Shown here one piece after another: positions 1-20,492 of a stretch of 49,129 nucleotides of DNA (its first letter is position 1; each line of letters starts with the position of its first letter). The notes below the pieces were generated by a model. It saw nothing but the letters and a program-made list of their open reading frames with translations, was not told the DNA's origin and did no database searches. The stretch comes from Pelomyxa schiedti. Lineage: Eukaryota > Protista > Evosea. The DNA lies in assembly GCA_020536535.1 (NCBI GenBank), contig JAHLWZ010000913.1, positions 1 to 49,129 on the forward strand, given 5' to 3'. The position numbers and the translations under genes were made by a program.

Positions 1-32
1 AAACAAAAGTGAAGCTTATAAATAAAGTGTGT

Positions 33-106
33 CGCCCACTCTGGGGCTCGAACCCAGGACCACTTGATTAAAAGTCAAGCGCTCATGCCATCTGAGCTAA
101 GTAGGC
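33..106 (-). tRNA. trnK-UUU: tRNA-Lys(UUU)
   Basis: Reverse complement GCCTACT...AGTGGGCG; anticodon arm CTTGA-CT TTT AA-TCAAG; T-loop GGTTCGAGCCC. Confidence 0.95.
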
Positions 107-237
107 TGGCAAAAAGAAGCACTCTCACAATTAAAGAGGAAGGAGAAGGGGGGGAAAAAAAAAGAAACAGAAACAAACCCTTGAACACCAACCACACACA
201 AATACAGAAGCAAGAAGAAAAGGAAAAAAAAAAAGAC

Positions 238-320
238 CGACACCAGCAGGATTTGAACCTGCGCCTCCAACGGAGAAGTGATTTCTAGTCACTCGCATTA
301 GACCACTCTGCCATGGTGTC
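238..320 (-). tRNA. trnS-AGA: tRNA-Ser(AGA)
   Basis: GACACCA/TGGTGTC-G acceptor stem; AGTGA-CT AGA AA-TCACT; long variable arm; GGTTCAAATCC. Confidence 0.95.
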
Positions 321-437
321 TTCTCTTATACATTTTCTATCGTTTATATGTGATTATACACTGTAAAAGGAGGCACAAAACGGGGTGGGGGAAAAAAAAC
401 AAAAGATTGGATGGGAAGGGGAGCGGGGGAAAAAAGT

Positions 438-524
438 TCCTCGCTGCCGGAATCGAACCAGCGACAAATGGATTACTTTGCTTTGCACTACAGTCCACTA
501 CTCTACCAACTGAGCTAAGCGAGG
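438..524 (-). tRNA. trnY-GUA: tRNA-Tyr(GUA) with a 14-nt intron (474-487) at the canonical 37/38 position
   Basis: CCTCGCT/AGCGAGG-A acceptor (C1-G72, eukaryotic Tyr identity); GTGGA-CT GTA G[TGCAAAGCAAAGTA]A-TCCAT; GGTTCGATTCC. Confidence 0.95.
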
Positions 525-656
525 TTTCAGAGGTATGTTCAGAAAGACCTCTCATGTATTTCTCTCGTATCCAACCAACGGCAGAAAAGGAGGAAAAACC
601 TCTTCAAATGCGAGAAGAAGCGGGAGCTTTTGTGCATCTTTTTTGAAAAAAAAAGA

Positions 657-738
657 TGTGTTCGATGGGATTTGAACCCACGCCACCGAAGTGAACAGAG
701 CCTTAATCTGTCGCCTTAGACCGCTCGGCCACGAACAC
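657..738 (-). tRNA. trnL-AAG: tRNA-Leu(AAG)
   Basis: GTGTTCG/CGAACAC-A acceptor; ACAGA-TT AAG GC-TCTGT; long variable arm; GGTTCAAATCC. Confidence 0.95.
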
Positions 739-992
739 TACAGAGTTTGAAGCAAGGTCTTGCACTACGGGTAGCTCCACCCAAAAGTGTGGGAGCGAAG
801 CGAACCAACCACCCGTCGCACCTATTCTTGCATTGTGTGTGTAGAGTGCCTCTTTGCCACTCCTATCTAATAATTCTTCTCCTTCCTTCCCTCCCACCAA
901 CACAGCTTGTTTGTGTGACTTTCATAATGATGTAATGTAGAAAGCATAAAAGTGTCACTCATGCCTCTGCAAAAGTACTTGTTGTAGTAGCT

Positions 993-1076
993 CTCACAAG
1001 TTCCCACCCACCATTATCCTCACAAAAACCCTCACCACTACAACCTCCACAAATGCCCACTACAATTCTCACAAAA
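993..1076 (+). repeat. Degenerate ~23-26-bp tandem repeat (CTCACAA...CCACTACAA) in the Leu-Ser spacer
   Basis: Units start at 993, 1019, 1045 and 1068, each beginning CTC(C)ACAA; CCACTACAA is present in two units. Confidence 0.5.
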
Positions 1077-1169
1077 GTGAATGAAAAAAAGCACAGAACC
1101 GAGGTTCTTTTTTTTTCCCCAAAGCACCGCCACCGCCACGTTCAACGTCAAGGTTGTATTTTTTTAGAG

Positions 1170-1252
1170 GACACCATGGCGGAGTGGTCTAACGCGGTAG
1201 ACTTGAAATCTACTCTCCTTTGGAGGCGCAGGTTCAAACCCTGCTGGTGTCG
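1170..1252 (+). tRNA. trnS-UGA: tRNA-Ser(UGA)
   Basis: GACACCA/TGGTGTC-G; GTAGA-CT TGA AA-TCTAC; variable arm; GGTTCAAACCC; followed by a T-run. Confidence 0.95.
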
Positions 1253-1492
1253 TTGTTTTTATGTTTTTTTTTCCCCTGGTCCCTCTTTTTTGTTGTCTTG
1301 CACAGCCAAAGAAAAAAGTGGAAAGAACATATACATAGTAAGTAAGTACATCAATAAAAAGACCTTTTCAAATAATACCTATCATTGTCACAAGATGAAG
1401 GACTCAGCTCAATCCAATCATTCATACAACCAACAGTGGTAGTAATAAACCAAAAAAAAGTTAAAAATTTTTTTTAAAAAAAAAAAAGTATA

Positions 1493-1564
1493 CGCCCCAT
1501 GCAGGGGTCGAACCTGCGACTCCCGGATTAGAAATCCGGTGCTCTTCCTCTGAGCTAATGGGGC
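1493..1564 (-). tRNA. trnR-UCU: tRNA-Arg(UCU), intronless
   Basis: GCCCCAT/ATGGGGC-G; CCGGA-TT TCT AA-TCCGG; GGTTCGACCCC; downstream T-run. Confidence 0.93.
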
Positions 1565-1699
1565 ATGCTTTGGTTCTGCAAGAGATTGGACTTTATAACT
1601 GAACTGATACTCAAACGTCTAGTCCAAGCAAACCGGGATGAAATTTTTTTGACTTGCACACACAGTCATCTGGACATCTCTACCTTGCTTTTATTGATA

Positions 1700-1770
1700 G
1701 GCTCTGTTGTTTAGTGGCAGAATACTTGTTTTGGGTACAAGTGGCCCCGGTTCGATTCCGGGCAGAGCCC
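1700..1770 (+). tRNA. trnP-UGG: tRNA-Pro(UGG)
   Basis: GGCTCTG/CAGAGCC-C; CTTGT-TT TGG GT-ACAAG; GGTTCGATTCC; TTTT downstream. Confidence 0.93.
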
Positions 1771-2021
1771 TATTTTAAACTCTGTGTTGTTTTGTGTTGT
1801 GGCTGCGTGGTGCTGTTTGCTGTTGGTTGGCATGAAGATTTTTTCCCTCTGTTTGGCTTTTTTTTGCATTTGTTTAGTTTGTGTGTTTAGTTTGCCTGAT
1901 GTCTTCTCCTCTTTACATGCACTCCAGCAACACAAAAAAGAAAAGAAGAGTGTGGTGATGGATGCTGCTCACTTCCTCAGGGGAAAAAAAAACAAAAGTG
2001 AAGCTTATAAATAAAGTGTGT

Positions 2022-2095
2022 CGCCCACTCTGGGGCTCGAACCCAGGACCACTTGATTAAAAGTCAAGCGCTCATGCCATCTGAGCTAAGTAGGC
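2022..2095 (-). tRNA. trnK-UUU: tRNA-Lys(UUU), second copy
   Basis: Identical to 33-106. Confidence 0.95.
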
Positions 2096-2133
2096 TGGCA
2101 AAAAGAAGCAAGAAGAAAAGGAAAAAAAAAGAC

Positions 2134-2216
2134 CGACACCAGCAGGATTTGAACCTGCGCCTCCAACGGAGAAGTGATTTCTAGTCACTCGCATTAGACC
2201 ACTCTGCCATGGTGTC
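2134..2216 (-). tRNA. trnS-AGA: tRNA-Ser(AGA), second copy
   Basis: Identical to 238-320. Confidence 0.95.
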
Positions 2217-2333
2217 TTCTCTTATACATTTTCTATCGTTTTTATGTGATTATACACTGTAAAAGGAGGCACAAAACGGGGTGGGGGAAAAAAAACAAAA
2301 GATTGGATGGGAAGGGGAGCGGGGGAAAAAAGT

Positions 2334-2420
2334 TCCTCGCTGCCGGAATCGAACCAGCGACAAATGGATTACTTTGCTTTGCACTACAGTCCACTACTCT
2401 ACCAACTGAGCTAAGCGAGG
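2334..2420 (-). tRNA. trnY-GUA: tRNA-Tyr(GUA) with intron, second copy
   Basis: Identical to 438-524. Confidence 0.95.
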
Positions 2421-2552
2421 TTTCAGAGGTATGTTCAGAAAGACCTCTCATGTATTTCTCTCGTATCCAACCAACGGCAGAAAAGGAGGAAAAACCTCTT
2501 CAAATGCGAGAAGAAGCGGGAGCTTTTGTGCATCTTTTTTGAAAAAAAAAGA

Positions 2553-2634
2553 TGTGTTCGATGGGATTTGAACCCACGCCACCGAAGTGAACAGAGCCTT
2601 AATCTGTCGCCTTAGACCGCTCGGCCACGAACAC
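2553..2634 (-). tRNA. trnL-AAG: tRNA-Leu(AAG), second copy
   Basis: Identical to 657-738. Confidence 0.95.
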
Positions 2635-2672
2635 TACAGAGTTTGAAGCAAGGTCTTGCACTACGGGTAGCT

Positions 2673-2714
2673 CCACCCAAAAGTGGTTCGCTTCGCTCCC
2701 ACACTTTTGGGTGG
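2673..2714. repeat. 13-bp perfect inverted repeat (fold-back) at the array/unique-sequence junction
   Basis: CCACCCAAAAGTG (2673-2685) and CACTTTTGGGTGG (2702-2714); 2684-2714 is the exact reverse complement of array spacer 777-807. Confidence 0.9.
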
Positions 2715-2748
2715 TTGCCTATTTTATTTTTTATTTTTTTTTCGTTTT

Positions 2749-5700
2749 TTAGCTGTTTCCTGGGTTGAAGAAGAAATTGAAGAAGGCAGAAACGCCCTCT
2801 GGTATGGTTGTCTCTGATGGGGGTGTTGACGGAGGAGAGGCAGTTGGTGGGGGCCGTGGAGCGGGCATTGTGGGAATAGGTAGTGGTGGTGGTGGAGGTA
2901 GTACTGAGCCCGGAGGTGGTGGTGATGTACGTGGTGCGGGTGTGTAAGGAACTGGTTGCCATGCTGAAAGAGTAGTGGTGCTGTTTAGTGCATTCTCTGG
3001 TGTACTTTGTGGAGGGGGTGCTGATGCTGATACTGAAATAAGATGTGGTCCGGCTTTTACCACTGATACAACAGGCCCACCAGCTAATCCAGGGGCTGCA
3101 GTGATACTCACACCACCGGGATGTGTTGCAGTTTTGGTCCTCCCAGATATGCATTGCAATCTCTTCATGCTCTTACAGTTCCATACAGCAATACTCTATG
3201 TATAGGTTAGTTTCTCCCGCTAAAGTGAGTAAAGTGCAACTTTGTCAGAAGAGGCACTCCATAACTGCTCAGGAAAATTACTGCCTGGAAAATTTACAGA
3301 AACCATGGAATTCACTTGATCACCATGAGCATTGGGGAAGAAAGCAGTACACCTGCCAGTCACATATCCACTGTGTGTGCCATTTCTATATTTGGTTAGC
3401 CTTTTCTGTTTGTTTAGTTAAAACTACGTTGGTTTCTCCAGCTCCCATGCACGGACAGAACCAATAGCGGAACTGCAAGATAAATTTAGTTAGAAAGCAA
3501 ATCTTTTGGGAAGATTTACGCAGTGCACAGGAGATTCATTTCTGGAATCCTTGCTAATGACGTTGTTGCTCCAGATAAGTGTGGTACCCATCGGTATACC
3601 ACTTCAAGGGTCTGTGGGTTTAGTTCAACAACGTCATTGTTGCTGAGTCCTATGACCAGAATATCCTACCCTAACGTAAAAAAAAAAACATAACTCTTAC
3701 AGGCATTCTATAACCTCATCACAAAAGATTGATGTTGGTTGTATGGACAGAGATGCAGACCGCTCCAGAGTGTGTCCATCCCAAGCACATATCTTGCCAT
3801 CAGCAAAGCCTATCCATACAAGTGCGGAAGAGCGTTTGATTGAACTGCCTTCTGAGGCAAGTATTGAAGGCAGTAGTGAGGCACCAGAAGGGGAGGCGCT
3901 GGTACCAGAGTACATACAAATAACAGCAGTTCTGATAAATCTAAGATTAAGACAGTGGGTATGGGTCAGACCGAGTATTGGAGGCAATGAAGCGTTCCAC
4001 CATAGTATGGGTCAGGGCATCAATTATAACCAAACAACCATCACTGGTTCCGCACAATACAGATGTGTCAGCAGGAGCACCACATCTCACTTGATCTACC
4101 TCTAGTGTTGATACCTACTAACATATCAAAATTGGCCATAACCATGATTATTATACCAATGAAAAGCCCGACTTAGAAAGAGTATAAGTATTTAGCAGGC
4201 CAGACTCAAACGCTACCCAGAGTTTATTGCAACACCATATTGCGAATAGTGGATTTGTCTGGGAAATTGTGGTGCTCACAACAAGAGGTGACGTAACTTC
4301 ATTTGGAGAGTACGATAAAACGTACGTGGCAGAGGCATCTCTTTGAGAGTTAGAGGGGCCCGAAAATTTGTTGGTATACAATTCCTTCTCAGTCACCTGG
4401 GCTGATGTCGTTGAGTTCAAAATTTCAACAATAGTTTTGAGCAGAGGTCTTGAGAAAGTTGGGTTTTCGGCAGTCTTCACCAGTTCAATAATTGCAGGAG
4501 GACAGTCCTGTGAAGGTTAATGGTGGATAGGAGGATAGCTATGATACCTCTGTGAGAGATTTGGTCAGTTGAGTCAGCTCAACATTTGACTTGGCAACAT
4601 TCGGCACGTACATTTCCCACAGGAGAAGAAGGAAGCTGTGTGTGCATTAGAGAAAAACTTGTCTGGAAAAGGAAACCAGAAGACATCAAATTCCTCTGTC
4701 CAAAAAGCTGCCTTGATGAGGAATTTAAATTTAAAAATGGAGGATCAGGAATACATATTTATTAGCCCAGGTAGGTTGAATCAGCTCTGAAGCACTAAAA
4801 CCTGCCTTGGAACTGACTGGCGAGGTGTCACTAGGTGAAGGATTTGGTGACATCCAGAAGGGACCTTGGCTAAAGGAATCATGCAATCCTGGGAAATACG
4901 GTATTCCCAACTTGCAGGTAATATTACTCCCAGTGTGGTTAATCCATATATTTTGACTGTAGGTACTTCAGCATTACCGAAAAAAAAAAAAAAAGATAAC
5001 CTGTGGACTCTACCATGGAACAGAGGAGGAACTGCTGTATGCAATTCTTTCAAAATGGAACACAGGTTTCGTGAAATCCTTCCCTTGTTTAGAGTGAAGT
5101 AAATAAGGCAGGACAATACATCATCTTCTCTTCCAGGGTTACCCCATCATGTGTTAGGAAGTCATGGAGAAGAAGCCCACCAGGTTCAGTATAAACAGAA
5201 CAGGTAGCCTCAGATATCCCTAACTTGGGATTCATTGAAAGTTCTGAGATCTATACTACCTTTTATCTGCAACAATCCTTTGAATCCACGTAGAAGTGCC
5301 AGTTTCGTAAAGAACACATCAATTGAATCACGGGGAATGGAATCAAAAGAGTGTTGTTGGAATCCAGAAAGTTCTGGCAACTCCTGTATTATAGGATTTT
5401 TCGTGGAACTGCTAACTGTGGTTTCTGAAGCAGTATTTGGCTCGTTCTTGGAATTGAGATCACTGGAGTCAGGAGATACACTCCTTTCCTTTTTTCCAAA
5501 CACAGGTAATGCTTCCTCACTGTGAGCTGCATCAGGTAGCAATAGCCGAGCGCACATATGTATCCCTGTTTTACGACATTTGATCCAGCCCCAACCATCC
5601 CGCGCCCCTCTCACACATTCCCTCTGTGTAAATTGGCACAGATGACAACTGGGGCATAGAATCAAATGGCGTGATAGTGGCTGTAAAACTCCAGCATGTA

Positions 5701-8700
5701 CAACACTGCATGTGGATTGCATGGCAAGTACTTGAGATAAGAGTGTATTTTGTGCTTGTCTCGGAGAGAGTTGAGACACTGTAGTAGCTGTGTGTGGAGG
5801 CATACGAACAGAAACTGTTGTTGAATTTTGAGAAAGAGAGAAGAAAACGAAGGCAATTTCATGTCCAAGAAGAAGTAGCACCGCATTTTTCCAAACAGAG
5901 AGCCTTTAGTAAAACTTAAATTTAATGGCGATCTTGGTAAGGAAACCTTTGAACACCGGGAATAGACATAGTTGCTGAGAGCAATTCTGTTCCAGCATTT
6001 GGAGGAAGGTGCTGCAATTCGAAGACATGGGTAATCTCAACAGTCGCATTTGGGATAGCAGACCACCACCCCTCTGTCATTCCAGAAAGTTCTTGAGACA
6101 TTAGTGTTGGGCACAGAAACTATTACCAGTAAGGGACGTTCATATTTTTAATGAGTCAAAACCTGTTCCACTATATTGGAGGAATTTCTTGTTGGGTATC
6201 CAAAAGAAATGGCCTCCAAAACTTCACAAATGATGTTCCAATCAGGTTTGCTTGAAAGGCCACAGTGGCCTGTTGCTCTATTCTATGCTATCTTTAATCT
6301 TGGGAATGAAGAGAAAAGACATACTTCAGTAGCCTCTCTTAGCCAGTCGAACCATTGAGCAAGCCAACCAATATTTATAACAATCTTTTCTCGCAAAATC
6401 AAAATCAGACCTTGTGGGGAACAATCAACAGACTTAGGTAAATAGTAAGAAATACACACCCATTTCCGACATGAACCTTCGTAACTGCCATGCTTTACCA
6501 GGTTCAATCCCACAGTCAACTGCCCACGCCAAAAACGTGGGTGCTGTAGTCAATGGCGTTGACATAGATCTGTTCCTCAAATATTCAGCAAAAAAGACCC
6601 AGCTCTCGGGTATGACCTGCACTGATTACCACTTGTTACAAATCGTAAGAGCGACCTTGTTCCCCTTCAGAATATTGAAAATAGCATCTCTAAGTTCAGT
6701 AATCCTACCATTGCCTGTAGGAATGACATCACGCAATCCAGCGTAAAGTGCCTAAAAAGTATGAGATAGAAAAGAAGAAGTGTGTAAACTTTTGGATAAC
6801 GGTGCTTGGCATGTGCAATGTTACTCATTGCATCATTTTCTACATCAGAGTCTGCATGTGTACCAATAAGGAGAAGTGGAGAAATATCACTGGCGTCTGT
6901 TAGGCACAAAACCCAATTCATGAGGTAATCCACCCAAGAAAAGTCCTTCTGTAAAAAGTACAATCAGTTCAAGAAGTAAAAACAGAAATACTTTTACCTT
7001 CTCAGCATTAAAGACAATTACAAAAGTATTTGAACCATGAGGTAAGAAGTAAGGAAGTACATTGAGGTATTCTGGATCTCCAGTAAAGTCCCAGAGGAAA
7101 ACGGTAGTTGCCGGAGAAAATGAAGTAGTATCACTATAGAGTTGTTGGACAGTAGTGATAGAGAGTAAAGGTATTTCAGCCTCCGTCTTGGAAATCCTGT
7201 TGCTGTGCATTGAAGTGAGGTACGTCTATCTGCATAAATCAAAAACCTTCTTCCCAAGGCTCGAGATAATGAATTAACCACAGTAGAGGTGCCAGCCTTA
7301 TGACCACCCAAGAAAATAATTCTATGTGACTGCCAATTAGATGCCGACATGCGTACCATTTCTAAATGTCTGCCATCCAGTTAGAGGACTTCAATAGTTG
7401 AGTATACTTTTTCATGGCTTTCCATTGCTTGTTAGGTATATCTTTCGGAAAACCAGTCAAAGGGTTCCCTAACCATTTTACATCCTGGGAGTTCCAAATA
7501 AGTTGTTTGTTGCGGGTGGGAAAAAAAGAATCACCTTGAGTGGCATTGTTGCAAGCCATGTTGGGAATGACTCAAAATTATTGCCAGACAAATCAAGTGT
7601 GCGCACTTCAGTTACAGAGGCAAGGGCCTCAGGAAGTGTGTGAAGTTGCATGTGTGAAAAATCAAGAGTTGATAATTCCTTGGATCTCAAATTACGGTCG
7701 ACATCAGCCGCTTTTCCAGCAAGTAATGCATCAAGAATTTGCTTTTTCATGAGGGACTGAGCCTGTGTAGTGGGTGTCATTTGTTGTTGAGGTTGAGGCT
7801 GGTTTGGTAGAGAAGTGTGGGAATTGAGTAGAATCTTGCTCCCAGATGGTACAGTTGCTGATTGATGAGAATTGAATGAGAAATAGGAGGTTGCTATATG
7901 GTGCATTACTAGATCTACATTTTTTCCTGTTTTGGAGCTCACTTCAAAGAAGTCCATGTGTCTTTGTGATTTTGGTTGAAAGGTTAGCATTACAGGTAAT
8001 GGTCTTACTCTGACTTCGAAAAAGCTCTGCCCTCTTCAAAGGAAACAGTTCGTCTCTTGGTATGACAGTGGTTTCCCACAATCACTTTACAGATATCCTG
8101 CAAGTTCAGATAGGTGGCAGAGTTCCGGATCCACATGGTTAAATCTGCATCTTATTAATACCTACAACTGTAAGAACACTTGTGCTTGCTTGAAAAAGTT
8201 TCTCTGTGTTTTATGCTGTAAATGTAGACAATAGCAAAGCATTTGTGAAAATAGGATCCAGTTAAGAACCGGAAACGTTCTTGACCTCTTATAAACTATA
8301 AGAAAAACGAGAAGGAAAAATGAACAATACTGTGGTTGATGTATTACAATCCTAACACATCTTTCACCTACATGTTCTATTCTACTTCTGGATGACATTT
8401 CTTTTTTGTTTTTTTTTTTTGGTTATTTATTTCAATGAAAAAAATGGATGGAATAAAAAAAACTCCAGGTACCAACAGCTAGCTCCGCCAACTTGAGAGT
8501 GTCCACTTTCGCTGTATCATCTGAACGCATGAGACCTGGAATTCAAGGTCACGATGTTACGAAGTTCGAGTCTCTGCAATATAAACCGGTCCACGTAGAC
8601 CACAGCTGCTCCTTATCAGCCTCGTAGTCCCCCAACATCAAGGCGTGAAACGACTCTTCTTTAGTAACACAAGGGGCCGCATTTCCACTCAACTTACGTG

Positions 8701-8707
8701 TGGCCAT
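2749..8707 (-). CDS. Multi-exon ROCO-family (LRRK-like) protein: degenerate Rab-like domain, LRR, Roc, COR, pseudokinase, WD40, Pro-rich tail
   Basis: Rab-like peptides: FHALMLGDYEADKEQL, IVIHQPQGQERFRFLTGSYF, KVIVGNHCH, FFEVSSKTGKNV. LRR: LRSKELSTLDFSHMQLHTLPEAL, VRTLDLSGNNFESFP. Roc: IIFLGGHKAGTSTVV, LWDFTGDPEY, LLIGTHAD. COR: IPESW. Kinase fold: LHTAVPPLFHGRVHSQNIWI. WD40: LWSASSDKSIAVWN. The Rab C-terminus and the LRR lie in one ORF (7478-7990). Confidence 0.8.
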
Positions 8708-9065
8708 ATCCACACGCACCGTATTCCCTCCTCTGAGTTTATTACAATTTATGCAATTATTGTGTTTCTTCCAAAGAAAACCCCAGAACAGCCAAGGCAG
8801 GGAAACAGCGCCAACGGAAAATGGGAAATCCAGGCGATCTGATCGTGGGCTTCAGAGACCGCTCCGCTGCGGCGATCACCGCTCCATTTCTTTTCTATTT
8901 CAAAAAAGGAACCCGAAAAGAGGCACGACTACATCGCCCGCGCGTGAGGTCCCACGCCAACAACCAAGTTAACAACAGCACCATCATCAATACTGTGGTG
9001 CCGCCGTTGACAGGGCGCCTACACAACACCAACACCAACAACAACAACAAGACAACAACACGGCC

Positions 9066-20321
<11,256 letters not shown>

Positions 20322-20492
20322 AACAAGAGAAAGCCCCTCTGGCCCTATTGTCTGTCTATCACAACAACCATGCACAAAGTGTCAAGTAATACTAGAGCCC
20401 ATCAAAAGTCTGTGTGTAAAAACATAGGAAGAAAAAAAACAAAATTTTTTTTCCGGTTTTTTTTTATTTTTCTTCAAATTTGCCGGGGAAAA

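Larger units (their letters stand above)
1..2685. repeat. Tandem tRNA-gene array: ~1989-bp unit (1-1989) plus a partial second unit (1990-2685); runs off the left edge of the window
   Basis: Base 1 onward recurs at 1990 (offset 1989, then 1896 after a 91-bp deletion and an A-run 2 nt shorter). The Lys, Ser, Tyr and Leu genes are identical in both copies; one spacer substitution (A346/T2242) was seen. Confidence 0.95.

Noticed and set aside
64-2542. Short ORFs across the tRNA array, including the duplicated 98-aa ORF
   Set aside because: They overlap tRNA genes and A/T tracts and are duplicated only because the array is; no protein features.
3424-3426. TAG as the end of the ROCO gene
   Set aside because: It overlaps a GTAGTT donor of an intron with CTAAC...TAG, and a further WD40 repeat (LWSASSDKSIAVWN) follows; one junction near 3350 remains unresolved.
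8530-8580. B-box-like GTTCGAGTC with a small hairpin, as a possible tRNA-Sec or tRNA relic
   Set aside because: No cloverleaf; it falls in the first intron and exon 2 of the Rab-ROCO gene on the minus strand.
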